From positions 137,339 to 201,338 of the forward strand of contig JBBDRZ010000003.1 in NCBI GenBank assembly GCA_040905185.1: a stretch of DNA of 64,000 nt. Reading direction: 5' to 3'. Each line of letters begins with the position of its first letter. Within the stretch, counting starts at the first letter, position 1. Made by a program: the position numbers and the translations under genes. The DNA comes from Chloroflexota bacterium (GTDB lineage: Bacteria > Chloroflexota > Limnocylindria > QHBO01). Of this stretch, positions 41,067 to 50,352 are shown one piece after another. The notes under the pieces were generated by a model. It did no database searches. It was not told where the DNA came from and saw only the letters and a list, made by a program, of their open reading frames with translations.

Positions 41067-41524
41067 CGCGCGTGCAGCCTGGCGGTCAACTCTTCGATCT
41101 GCTGCCGGTACCGCGCCCCGTGTGGCCGTCGCTTCAGCCATTCGAGGTATTCCGGGTCCAGGCGGGCTACCTCGAGTAGAGACATCCCCGAATAGCGCCC
41201 GAAATCGAGAACGACGCGGCCCTCGGGGTTCAGGCCCTGGGACCCTCCGCCGCGAGCGGCCTCCATCCGGTCGCGCAGCGAACCTTCCGGCGCGCTCACG
41301 CTGACGGCGGCCGTTCGGGTCTCGTCGTACTCGATCCGCCGCTCCGGGTCGCGAAGTGTGGCGTACGCCCAGTTCAGCTCGGTCATCGCCTGGCTGGCAT
41401 CGGTCAGGTCGTTCCGGTCCGGGTGGCGGAGACGCGCCAACGCGCGGTACGCAGCCTCGACAACCTCCGGCAAGGCCGAGGGATCGATCTGCAGGACCTT
41501 GTAGGCGTCGCGCGGGTTTGCCAT
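41063..41524 (-). CDS. J-domain (DnaJ N-terminal domain) protein with an uncharacterised C-terminal domain
   Basis: [31 protein letters not shown] with an HPD motif. C-terminal segment [24 protein letters not shown]. Confidence 0.7.
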   Translation of the reverse strand: MANPRDAYKVLQIDPSALPEVVEAAYRALARLRHPDRNDLTDASQAMTELNWAYATLRDPERRIEYDETRTAAVSVSAPEGSLRDRMEAARGGGSQGLNPEGRVVLDFGRYSGMSLLEVARLDPEYLEWLKRRPHGARYRQQIEELTARLHAR

Positions 41525-41592
41525 GGGTGCCTACCCTAGCGCCTGACCCGGTACCGGACGCAAGGGCCCTTTCGGGCCATCCGCTTTGCCGC

Positions 41593-42954
41593 CTAGGCCA
41601 GCCGTCGTTCCACGAACACGCCGATCCGCTCACCGGCAGGCCGCCCGCGCACGAGCGTTTGGAGGACGGCACCCGCAACCGCCATACCTTCGTACGGGGT
41701 GAAGTCACTGGTGTGGTGGAGATCGGCCTGGCGAATCGTGCGGGACGCAGCCGGGTCGAACAGGACCAGATCGGCGTCGCGGCCGACCTCGATGGCGCCC
41801 TTCGACGGTAGGCCGAACAGGCGGGCAGGAGTCGTGGACAGCAGGTCGACCATCCGCTCCACGCTGATCAGGCCACGGGCCACGCCCTCGGAGTAGACGA
41901 CCGACAGCAGGGTCTCGATCCCCGGCGCCCCGTTGCTGATCTGCGGGAACGGCGGGGCGGGCACCCGCTTCTCGACGGCCAGCCGATCCGGCACGTGGTC
42001 GGTGGCCACCAGGTCCAGTCCCCCGCGAGCCAGGCCGAGCCACAGCGACTGGCGGTCGGCATCCGTGCGAAGGGGCGGCGAGATGACGGACTTGATGACC
42101 TCGGCCTCGTCGGGCGCGGCGTATCGGTCATCGGTCAGGGTCAGGTAATGGGGGCAAGTCTCGGCGTACACCGGCCACCCGCGCGCCTTGGCCGTGGCGA
42201 CCTCGGCCAGGGCATCGGCACAGGACAGATGGACGATGTAGACCGATGCGTCCGCGGCGCGAGCCAGGGCGATGGCGCGGTGGGTCGCCTCCGCCTCGGC
42301 GTAGGTGGGGCGAGTCAAGGCGTGGTGGCGGCAGGCGGCGTTCCCGTGGGCCAGGGCCTCGGCCGTGAGCGCGTCGATGACGGTGGCGTTCTCGCAGTGG
42401 ACCTGGAGCATCCCGCCGTGGCGGCCCATGGCCTGCAGCGCCGCGAAGAGGCGCTCATCGGTCAGGCGGAAGTCGTAGACCATGAAGGCCTTGGCCGTGG
42501 GGACACCCGAGGCGATGAGCTCAGGAAGCTCGGCGACGGGATCGTCCTGCTGGCCGCTGATGACGGCGCTCAGGCCGAAGTCGACTGCAGACTCACCCTC
42601 GGTCCGGGCACGGAACTCACGGAGCGCGGCGAGGAGCGAGCGCGACCCCTCGTCGGAGATCCCGGTGCCCGGATTGTTGAAGGCCAGGAACGTGGTCGTG
42701 CCACCGAATGCGGCCGCCACGCTGTCCTGGTAGAACCGGTCGGGTTCCTCCTCGGTGGGAAGCCGGGTGTGGGTGTGGACGTCAACGCAGCCGGGAAGGA
42801 GCAGAAGCCCGGTCGCGTCAATGGTCTCAGTCGCCGCGTCGCGCGGGAGATTCGAACCGACGGCGCTGATGCGCCCTTCGGTCACGCCGACATCGGCCTG
42901 GAGTGACCCTTCGGCCGTTACGACCGTGCCTCCGGTGACGACCAGATCGGTCAA
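41593..42954 (-). CDS. Cyclic amidohydrolase (allantoinase / dihydropyrimidinase / hydantoinase family); likely the allantoinase of the urate pathway
   Basis: PGCVDVHTH metal-binding motif and full-length similarity. TTG start preceded by a GAAGGA RBS. The ORF-track 5' extension is out of frame. Confidence 0.85.
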   Translation of the reverse strand: MTDLVVTGGTVVTAEGSLQADVGVTEGRISAVGSNLPRDAATETIDATGLLLLPGCVDVHTHTRLPTEEEPDRFYQDSVAAAFGGTTTFLAFNNPGTGISDEGSRSLLAALREFRARTEGESAVDFGLSAVISGQQDDPVAELPELIASGVPTAKAFMVYDFRLTDERLFAALQAMGRHGGMLQVHCENATVIDALTAEALAHGNAACRHHALTRPTYAEAEATHRAIALARAADASVYIVHLSCADALAEVATAKARGWPVYAETCPHYLTLTDDRYAAPDEAEVIKSVISPPLRTDADRQSLWLGLARGGLDLVATDHVPDRLAVEKRVPAPPFPQISNGAPGIETLLSVVYSEGVARGLISVERMVDLLSTTPARLFGLPSKGAIEVGRDADLVLFDPAASRTIRQADLHHTSDFTPYEGMAVAGAVLQTLVRGRPAGERIGVFVERRLA

Positions 42955-43367
42955 TCCGGTCCTTCGGTGATCTCGATGTCCTGGGCACCCTCCCAGAGGA
43001 CGCGGCGACCTAACTCCGGTAGCTGTTCCGCACCGGACACCACGGTCGCGAAGTGGTTCCCGGCCAGTGGGCCCAGCTTGCTGCTGAACGCGCAGGCCCC
43101 GTACGGGAACAGGATCTCGCACTCGGACAGCTCCCCGGTGTAGATCAACAGCTGCCCGGGAGCCGGGTGCGCGGTGTGGTTCTCGTATCCCACCCCGGGC
43201 CGGCGGTCGCCGAACGGAATCCAGGTCCCTTCCCCGCTCCAGCGGCAGTGGATCAGCTGGGACCGGATTGGGAGCCACGGGCGCAAAGCCTCGCGGGTGC
43301 GCGGCGCGGCGTCCTCCCATCGGGCGCTAAAGTGGAGATCGCCGACCCGGATCTGCAGGTCACCCAC
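42951..43367 (-). CDS. Hypothetical protein, DUF3830-like (commonly adjacent to hydantoinase-type genes)
   Basis: A 138-aa ORF with N-terminus MGDLQIRVGDLHFSARWEDAAP resembling DUF3830 members. The family assignment is tentative. GTG start. Confidence 0.45.
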   Translation of the reverse strand: MGDLQIRVGDLHFSARWEDAAPRTREALRPWLPIRSQLIHCRWSGEGTWIPFGDRRPGVGYENHTAHPAPGQLLIYTGELSECEILFPYGACAFSSKLGPLAGNHFATVVSGAEQLPELGRRVLWEGAQDIEITEGPD

Positions 43368-43382
43368 GCCAGGGAGGATAGC

Positions 43383-43760
43383 GTGGCCGCTCGACGCCCG
43401 AATCGCCCCAACCGCCCGTCACGCCCGCCGCGCCCCACCATCTCGACCCACGTGCTGGACCTCGAGACAGGACTGCCCGCGCCTGGGATCAGCGTCGTCC
43501 TCTTTCGACGCGGGGATGACGACGAGTTCGAGGCCCTGAACGAAGGCGAGACCGACGCGGATGGCCGGATCGTGGACCTGGTCGGTGGCGAGCTGACCAC
43601 GGGCGACTACCAGCTCCTGTTCGACCTGGCCGGGTATCGCGAAGACGATGCCTTCCTGCAGGGCATTGCGGTGGCCCTCCGGGTGACCGATGCCGGTCGC
43701 AGCTACCACGTCCCGCTCCTCCTGGCGCCCTTCGGGGCCACGGTCTACCGCGGCAGCTGA
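43383..43760 (+). CDS. uraH: 5-hydroxyisourate hydrolase (transthyretin-like)
   Basis: HVLD N-terminal motif and the C-terminal YRGS signature. GTG start 6 nt after an AGGGAGGA RBS. Confidence 0.85.
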   Translation: MAARRPNRPNRPSRPPRPTISTHVLDLETGLPAPGISVVLFRRGDDDEFEALNEGETDADGRIVDLVGGELTTGDYQLLFDLAGYREDDAFLQGIAVALRVTDAGRSYHVPLLLAPFGATVYRGS

Positions 43761-43766
43761 GCGCCG

Positions 43767-44312
43767 GTGAGCCCGACCAGGAGTATCGGTTTGCGCACGG
43801 CTGAGGCCACCGGCTTTCCATCACTGACCGACCTGAACCGGCTCCCCAGCCGGGATTTTGCCGACGCGATCGCGCTCCTGTTCGAGCCCGCCCCCCGCTT
43901 CGCCGCCTGGTTGGCGGGTGCCCGCCCGTTCAAATCGGACGGCATGATGCTCGAGGCGGCTGCGCGCATCGCGCATCGCATGACCGAGACGGAGCAGGTG
44001 GAGCTCATCAACGCGCATCCGCGGCTGGGCGCACGGGATCGGCTCTCGGATGCCTCAGGGCGCGAGCAGGGGGCCAAGCAGGACCGGGTCGATGCCAAGC
44101 TGGGCCGTCTGAACGACGCTTACGAGGCGCGGTTCGGGTTTCGCTACCTGGTGTACGTGGCCGGCCGGCCGCGGGAAGAGCTGCTCCCCGAATTCCGCGC
44201 CGCGCTCCGTGGCGACCGCGAGGCCGAGTTGCGCCGGGCATTGGACGACACCCTGGCCATCGCCGCAGACCGGCTCCGATGGTTCCGCTCCCCCACCCTG
44301 GAGGACGCATGA
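43767..44312 (+). CDS. uraD: OHCU decarboxylase (2-oxo-4-hydroxy-4-carboxy-5-ureidoimidazoline decarboxylase)
   Basis: OHCU_decarbox family similarity (HPRLG, FGFRYLVYVAGR). Confidence 0.85.
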   Translation: MSPTRSIGLRTAEATGFPSLTDLNRLPSRDFADAIALLFEPAPRFAAWLAGARPFKSDGMMLEAAARIAHRMTETEQVELINAHPRLGARDRLSDASGREQGAKQDRVDAKLGRLNDAYEARFGFRYLVYVAGRPREELLPEFRAALRGDREAELRRALDDTLAIAADRLRWFRSPTLEDA

Positions 44313-45235
44313 AGTACGAGATCGGCTATGGCAAGGCCGGAGTCAGCGTCTACCGCACGCATGGCATGCCACTGGTCGGGGCGACGCCCATCCCCGAATC
44401 GCCGTTCACGGGCCGGGATAACACGCTCATGGCGGCCGAGATCGAGATCCAGGTCCACGGCCAGGGATTCCTGGAGTCGTACACCAAAGGCGACAACCGG
44501 CTGGTGGTGGCCACCGACACGATGAAGAACTTCATCCACGCCACCTCAGCCTCCAACCCGGCGGCCACCCTGGAGGGCTGGCTCGACCACGTGGGCCGCG
44601 CGTTCCTCGACCATTACCCCCACATGGAACGCATCTCCATGCGCGGCACCGAGCTCCCCTACCCCGCGTCCCTGGTCCCGGCCGACGACGATGATGGCTT
44701 CGTCGCCTCCGAGGTCCTGTTCGCCCGGGATCGCAATGACCGCTCCACCGCGCGCCTGGACCTGGAGCTGACCGATGACGGCGTGCGCCTGACCGATCAC
44801 GCCTGCGGGCGTGAAGGGCTCCAGCTCATCAAGATCACCGGTTCGTCGTTTGCCGATTTCGCCCGCGACGAGCACACGACCCTTCCCGAGCGGCCGGACC
44901 GCGCCCTGTTCACGTGGATGGACATCGGCTGGCGGTACGCCGACTCCGCCGACAGCCTGGGGGCCAACCCAGAACGCTACGTCGCCGGTGAGCAGGTGGC
45001 GGACCTGGCGGCATCGGTCTTCCACCAGTTCGTGAGCCTCTCGATCCAGCACCTGGTCCACGAGATCGGCGACCGCATGCTCGAACGCTGGCCCCAACTG
45101 GCCGAGGTCAGCTTCGACGCACAGAACCGGACCTGGGATCCGGGCGTCATCAGCCCGGACGACCCCAAGGTCAAGACCTACGCCGATCCCCGCCCGCCGA
45201 TCGGGCGGATCGACCTGGTCATGCGCCGAGACTGA
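44309..45235 (+). CDS. Urate oxidase (uricase)
   Basis: Tandem uricase T-fold halves (MKYEIGYGKAGVSVYRT..., VATDTMKN). ATGA overlap with uraD. Confidence 0.9.
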   Translation: MKYEIGYGKAGVSVYRTHGMPLVGATPIPESPFTGRDNTLMAAEIEIQVHGQGFLESYTKGDNRLVVATDTMKNFIHATSASNPAATLEGWLDHVGRAFLDHYPHMERISMRGTELPYPASLVPADDDDGFVASEVLFARDRNDRSTARLDLELTDDGVRLTDHACGREGLQLIKITGSSFADFARDEHTTLPERPDRALFTWMDIGWRYADSADSLGANPERYVAGEQVADLAASVFHQFVSLSIQHLVHEIGDRMLERWPQLAEVSFDAQNRTWDPGVISPDDPKVKTYADPRPPIGRIDLVMRRD

Positions 45236-45656
45236 GCCGCGGCAGCTCGATCGCCGGGCATCGGTCCATCACCACCCACAACCCCGCCGCCTGCGCCCGC
45301 TCGGCGGCCGCCTCATCGACGACCCCCAGCTGCATCCACACCGCCTTGGCGCCGATCTCGATCGCCTCGTCGACGTGGATCCCGGCCAACGCCGAGTTGC
45401 GGAAGATGTCGACCACCTCGATCGGGTGGCCGGCCGCAGCCGCATCGGCCTGTGCCGAGAACAGGTCGGCGTAGGCCGTCTGGCCGTGGACCTCCGTCTC
45501 GCGGGGGTTGACCGGGATCATCCGGTAGCCGTGGTCCATCAAGGTCCGCGCCACGCCGTGGCTCGGCCGAAGCGGGTTCGAGGAGAGGCCGACCACGGCC
45601 CAGGTGTGGGTCTCGCGCAGAACGCGTTCGATGGTTTTCGGATCGGCGAAGGTCAC
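45219..45656 (-). CDS. CoA-binding domain protein
   Basis: WAVVGLSSNPLRPSHGVARTL, typical of CoA_binding_2. GTG start overlapping the ruvA stop. Confidence 0.75.
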   Translation of the reverse strand: MTFADPKTIERVLRETHTWAVVGLSSNPLRPSHGVARTLMDHGYRMIPVNPRETEVHGQTAYADLFSAQADAAAAGHPIEVVDIFRNSALAGIHVDEAIEIGAKAVWMQLGVVDEAAAERAQAAGLWVVMDRCPAIELPRLSLGA

Positions 45657-46228
45657 CGGGATCGGGCAAGCTCCTGGAGCGCGGCCCGGATCCGCTCGTC
45701 CAGCCCGCCCTCGACCCCGACCACGCTGCCCGCCGCGCGCCGCGCCTCGGAGGCGGTGTAGCCCAGCGACTCCAGGGCGGCCACCACGTCCGAATCGGCC
45801 GCTGCGCCCGGTCCCACCGCGATCCCGGCGGCGTGAATCTTCTCCTGGAGCTCCAGGACGATGCGCTGGGCGGTCTTGCGGCCGACACCAGACACGGAGG
45901 TCAGCACATCGAGGTCATCGGTCACGATCGCCATCTGCAGGCGCGTCACCGGGTGGGCGCTGGTGATGGCCAGCGCCAGGCGCGGCCCTACCCCGGTCAC
46001 CGTCATCAGCAGCTCGAAGAAGGCCAGCTCCTCCGGCTTGGCGAACCCGAACAGGGCCTGGGCCTCGTCGCGGACCAGGTGATGGATGAACAGGCTGGTT
46101 TCCGAGCCGATGCGCACGCGCCCGATCAGCTCCGGCGACACCACCACCCGGTAACCGACCCCTCCGATGTCGATGATCACGTGGTCCAACCCGATGTGGC
46201 CGACCGGACCCCGAAGCGACCCGATCAC
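45653..46228 (-). CDS. ruvA: Holliday junction DNA helicase RuvA
   Basis: Full RuvA similarity (HhH motifs, VSGVGRKTAQRIVLEL). Confidence 0.9.
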   Translation of the reverse strand: MIGSLRGPVGHIGLDHVIIDIGGVGYRVVVSPELIGRVRIGSETSLFIHHLVRDEAQALFGFAKPEELAFFELLMTVTGVGPRLALAITSAHPVTRLQMAIVTDDLDVLTSVSGVGRKTAQRIVLELQEKIHAAGIAVGPGAAADSDVVAALESLGYTASEARRAAGSVVGVEGGLDERIRAALQELARSR

Positions 46229-46701
46229 GCGGTACTCCCCGGGTACAGCGCCCCGATCGCAACCGCCAGCGCGTCGGTGGCGTCATCCGACGCCCCACTG
46301 AGCTCCATCCCCAGCAGACGTCCGACCATGACCGCCACCTGCTGCTTGTCGGCCGCCCCGTTGCCGCACACGGCCAGCTTCACCTCGTTGGGGGTGGGTT
46401 CACTCACCGCCAGTCCGTGCCGCGCGGCGACCAGCAGCGCCACCCCGCGCGCCTGGCCCACGGCCATGGCCGTCCGCACGTTGCGCTGAAAGTAGAGGCG
46501 CTCGACCGCCACCCGGTCCGGGTGGTGCTCGGCCACGAGCCGGTCCAGGGCCGCCTCGAGCTCCGCCAGCCGCGCGGCTTCGGGCCGTGCCGGGTCCGTG
46601 CGCACCGTGCCGGCATCCACGAACCGCAGGTTCGACCCGTCGGACGCGACCACCCCGAATCCGCAGGCCGCGGATCCGGGATCGATTCCGAGCGCGATCA
46701 T
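46225..46701 (-). CDS. ruvC: Crossover junction endodeoxyribonuclease RuvC
   Basis: MIALGIDPGSAACGFGVV with the catalytic D/E residues. Confidence 0.9.
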   Translation of the reverse strand: MIALGIDPGSAACGFGVVASDGSNLRFVDAGTVRTDPARPEAARLAELEAALDRLVAEHHPDRVAVERLYFQRNVRTAMAVGQARGVALLVAARHGLAVSEPTPNEVKLAVCGNGAADKQQVAVMVGRLLGMELSGASDDATDALAVAIGALYPGSTA

Positions 46702-47462
46702 CCTCCGACGACCGATGCCTCGAGCTGCTCCATCAGGGCATCGGGAATATCGAAGTTGGCATACACGGTCTGGACGTCGTCGAGGTCCTCGAGATGCTCG
46801 ACGAATTCCAGGACCTGGCGAGCGGCGCGCTCGTCGGCGATCTCAACCCTCGTCGTCGGCTCCAGCGACACCTCGGCGCTGTCGGGCGCGAACCCGGCGT
46901 CGGTCAGGGCCCGCCGCACCCGCTCCAGGTGACCCGGCTCGGTCACGACCAGGATGGCGCCCCCCTCCGGCGAGCCCACGTCGACTGCCCCGGCATCGAT
47001 GGCAGCCAGCGACACCTCGTCCGGGTCGCTTCCCTTGAGCGGAACCGACAGGACCCCGCGGTGCTCAAACTGCCACGACACGGGCGTGAAGGAGCCGCCG
47101 GACCGGGTGAAGATGGCCCGGACAGCGGCCGCGGTCCGGTTCCTGTTGTCCGTCATGGCGGCCACGACGACCGCGACGTTCGCGGGCCCCAGGCCCTCGT
47201 ACGTGATCTCCTCGTATTGCTCGGCGTCTGCCCCAGAGCCGGTGGCGCGCTCGATGGCGCGCTTGATGTTGTCCGCGGGCATGGAGTTGGCCCGTGCCTT
47301 GTCGACCGCCATCCGGAGCCGGTAATTGGCTTCCTGATCGGATCCGCCCTGGCGCGCGGCGGTGATGATCTCGCGGGTCAGCTTCGTGAACAGCGCCCCG
47401 CGCTTGGCGTCATTGGCGCCCTTCTGGCGCTTGATTTGCGACCACTTGCTGTGTCCCGACAT
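46698..47462 (-). CDS. yebC: YebC/PmpR family DNA-binding transcriptional regulator
   Basis: MSGHSKWSQIKRQKGANDAKRG N-terminus. The ORF-track 5' extension was discarded. Confidence 0.9.
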   Translation of the reverse strand: MSGHSKWSQIKRQKGANDAKRGALFTKLTREIITAARQGGSDQEANYRLRMAVDKARANSMPADNIKRAIERATGSGADAEQYEEITYEGLGPANVAVVVAAMTDNRNRTAAAVRAIFTRSGGSFTPVSWQFEHRGVLSVPLKGSDPDEVSLAAIDAGAVDVGSPEGGAILVVTEPGHLERVRRALTDAGFAPDSAEVSLEPTTRVEIADERAARQVLEFVEHLEDLDDVQTVYANFDIPDALMEQLEASVVGG

Positions 47463-47487
47463 ACGCCTCCGATTGTATGCTCCTTGG

Positions 47488-48129
47488 GTGAGGCAGCCTT
47501 CCGCCGATCGTGGCTCCGAATCGAGACTCGAGCACTGGGCGGGGCTGGCCGCCATCGCCGCCGGGATCGGCGGGATCGTGTATGCGGTCGCGTTCCTGGG
47601 TGGGGTCGTCCTGGGCGCGAACCCCGCTCTCGGCATGCTGGTGGCCTCGATCGCCCTCATGCTGGGCGGTGTTCTCAGCCTCGTCGTGCTGGTGGCCGTC
47701 TACCGGCGGGTCAGCGCGGCCAGCCATGGCATTGCCCTGATCGGGCTGGCCCTGGCGTTGATGGGGTCGTTTGGCGCGGTGGTGCATGGCGGGTACGACC
47801 TGGCGAACGTCCTCAATCCACCCGCCGCCGACGTCATCACCGACGCCGGGCTGCCCAGCCCGGTGGACCCCCGGGGCCTTCTCACCTTCGGTGTCTCCGG
47901 CCTTGGGCTGCTGGTCCTGGCGGCCGAGGCCCGGCGCAGCGGGGCGCTCTCGCGCCGGGTGTCAAACCTGGGCGTTCTGCTGGGACTGATGCTGGTGGTC
48001 GTCTACCTGGGGCGCCTGATCGTCCTGGTCCCGACCAACCTGCTGGTGGCCGTCCCGGCGGCATTCACCGGGGTGATCCTGGCCCCGGTTTTCTACATCC
48101 TGCTCGGGCTGGAGCTCCGCGGCCGCTGA
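47488..48129 (+). CDS. Hypothetical polytopic membrane protein
   Basis: Six hydrophobic segments. The start is uncertain: the ORF-track N-terminus overlaps yebC, so the first in-frame GTG (47488) or TTG (47473) after the yebC start is used. Confidence 0.45.
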   Translation: MRQPSADRGSESRLEHWAGLAAIAAGIGGIVYAVAFLGGVVLGANPALGMLVASIALMLGGVLSLVVLVAVYRRVSAASHGIALIGLALALMGSFGAVVHGGYDLANVLNPPAADVITDAGLPSPVDPRGLLTFGVSGLGLLVLAAEARRSGALSRRVSNLGVLLGLMLVVVYLGRLIVLVPTNLLVAVPAAFTGVILAPVFYILLGLELRGR

Positions 48130-48172
48130 ACCTGCCGCTCCCTATAATGGCCGTCCCCGCCCGAGGAGCCGC

Positions 48173-50248
48173 ATGAAGCCGACTACGCCCGATCGGATCC
48201 GGAACGTCGCCCTCATCGCCCATGGTGGCGCGGGCAAGACCAGCCTCGCCGAGGCCATGCTCTTCGACGCCGGAGCCATCCCCCGCCTCGGATCGGTCGA
48301 AGCCGGCACCGCCGCCCTGGACTGGGAGCCCGACGAGCAGCGTCGGCATCATTCCATCAACCTCGGCATCGGCACCTTCGAGACCGAGGGGGCCCGCATC
48401 ACCCTGGTCGACACCCCCGGCTACGCCGACTTCCAGGCAGATGTCGTCCAGGCACTGGCCGCCGTCGATGCCGCCATCGTGGTCATCGACGCCTCGGCCG
48501 GGGTGGAGGTCGGGACCGATGCAGTCTGGCGGCTGGCCGATGCGCGGCGGCTGCCCCGCATGGTCTTCGTCAACAAGATGGACCGCGAGAACGCGAACTA
48601 CGACGCCACCCTGGACCAGCTGAAAGCCGCCTTTGGCCCCAAGATCGCGCCGGTCTACCTGCCCATCGGCTCCGCGGAGTCGTTCCGCGGCTACATCGAC
48701 GTCGTGGAGCAGCATGCCTCGATCTACGACAACGGCGAGCCGAAAGAAGTGCCGATACCCGATGACATGCGGGTTGCCGAGGAGTTCCGCCGCCAAGCCC
48801 TCATCGAGGCCGCGGCCGAAGCATCGGACGATCTCATGCTCAAGTATCTCGAGGGCGAGGCGATCTCCGACGCCGAGATCGAGACGGCCCTCCATACCGG
48901 CACCCGGGACGGGTCGGTGGTGCCGGTGTTCGTGGGTTCGGCCCATCGCAACATCGGTGTCCGCGAGTTGATCCGGATGATCGCCCGCCACGTGCCGTCG
49001 GCGGTCGAGGTCGGCGGCCGCACCACCTCCGACGGCAAGCTCATCGAGCCCGACCCGGCGGGCCCGTTCGTGGCCCAGGTGTTCAAGGTTACGGCCGACC
49101 CGTTCGTCGGCCGGCTCACGTACTTCCGGGTCGTCTCCGGCGCCCTCAAGGCCCAGGGCCACCTCCACAACGCCACCCGACGTGAGGACGAGCGGTTCGG
49201 CAACCTGCTGGCCCTCCAGGGAAAGGAGCAGGTCAACCTGCCCCAGGTCGGCCCCGGCGACATTGCCGCCGTCGCCAAGCTGGCCTCGACCCATGCCGGC
49301 GACACGCTTGTGGCCGATCGTTCCGCGGCGGTCCAGCTGCCGGCGTTCACCTTCCCCGAGCCGACTCTGCAAGTCGCGGTGGAACCCGAGTCCAAGGCCG
49401 ACCTCGACAAGCTGGGACAGGCCCTCAACCGGATGCTCGAGGAGGAGCCGTGCATGCGGGTCCACCGCGAGGCGGCAACCTCCCAGACCATCCTGACCGC
49501 CATGGGCGACGCCCACGTCGATGTCATCGTGGATCGGTTGAAGCGCAAGTTCGGCGCGGCGGTCAGGGTGGTAGCCCCGCGCGTGCCGTACCGCGAGACC
49601 ATCCGGCGCCCGGCCAAGATCGACAACCGATTCAAGCGCCAGACCGGTGGCCACGGCCAATTCGGGCACGTGGTCATCGAGTTCGAGCCCAACGAGGCCG
49701 GCGAAGGGTTCGTGTTCGGTGATCGGATCGTGGGCGGCGCGGTGCCCAAGCAGTACATCCCGGCCGTCGAAAAGGGCCTCCGTGAGTCAATGGCCGAGGG
49801 GGTCCTGGCCGGCTACCCGGTGGTCGATCTCAAGGCCACCCTGGTGGACGGCTCGTACCACACCGTCGACTCGTCCGAGATGGCGTTCAAGATCGCGGCC
49901 TCGCAGGCCCTCAAAAAAGCCTTCACTGATGCCGACCCGACTCTTCTCGAGCCAGTCCTCGAGGTCGAGGTCGTCGTCCCCGACGAGTACATGGGTGACG
50001 TCATGGGCCAGATCACCGCCAAGCGCGGGCACGTCCTGGGCATGGACTCGGCCGACGGGACCCAGTACCTGCGCGCCCAGGTCCCGCAGGCCGAGATGTT
50101 CCACTACGCCACCGAGCTGCGGAGCATCACCCAGGGTCGCGGCCGCTTCTCCCAGAAGCTTGACCACTACGCTGAAGTCCCGCACACGATTGCCGACAAG
50201 GTGATCGCGGAGCACCAGTCCAAGGTGGCTGCGGGGGAGCGTCACTAA
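48173..50248 (+). CDS. Elongation factor G paralog (EF-G2-like translational GTPase)
   Basis: Five-domain EF-G architecture with a divergent G1 motif (AHGGAGKTS). It is not in an str operon. Confidence 0.85.
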   Translation: MKPTTPDRIRNVALIAHGGAGKTSLAEAMLFDAGAIPRLGSVEAGTAALDWEPDEQRRHHSINLGIGTFETEGARITLVDTPGYADFQADVVQALAAVDAAIVVIDASAGVEVGTDAVWRLADARRLPRMVFVNKMDRENANYDATLDQLKAAFGPKIAPVYLPIGSAESFRGYIDVVEQHASIYDNGEPKEVPIPDDMRVAEEFRRQALIEAAAEASDDLMLKYLEGEAISDAEIETALHTGTRDGSVVPVFVGSAHRNIGVRELIRMIARHVPSAVEVGGRTTSDGKLIEPDPAGPFVAQVFKVTADPFVGRLTYFRVVSGALKAQGHLHNATRREDERFGNLLALQGKEQVNLPQVGPGDIAAVAKLASTHAGDTLVADRSAAVQLPAFTFPEPTLQVAVEPESKADLDKLGQALNRMLEEEPCMRVHREAATSQTILTAMGDAHVDVIVDRLKRKFGAAVRVVAPRVPYRETIRRPAKIDNRFKRQTGGHGQFGHVVIEFEPNEAGEGFVFGDRIVGGAVPKQYIPAVEKGLRESMAEGVLAGYPVVDLKATLVDGSYHTVDSSEMAFKIAASQALKKAFTDADPTLLEPVLEVEVVVPDEYMGDVMGQITAKRGHVLGMDSADGTQYLRAQVPQAEMFHYATELRSITQGRGRFSQKLDHYAEVPHTIADKVIAEHQSKVAAGERH

Positions 50249-50352
50249 CTTCTCCGCACCGCACCACTCTGCACCTCTTCGTTTTGTTGACACTGGGGCG
50301 TATCTTGCGTCGGGGATTTCCCCTGTATTCATCTGGAGGAGGTGGATTTCTC

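Noticed and set aside
50287-50315. Consensus TTGACA at 50287-50292 as the -35 of a sigma-70 promoter for the downstream membrane-protein gene.
   Set aside because: No acceptable -10 hexamer lies 16 to 18 bp downstream (TATCTT is only 8 bp away). I left it as an unannotated possibility.
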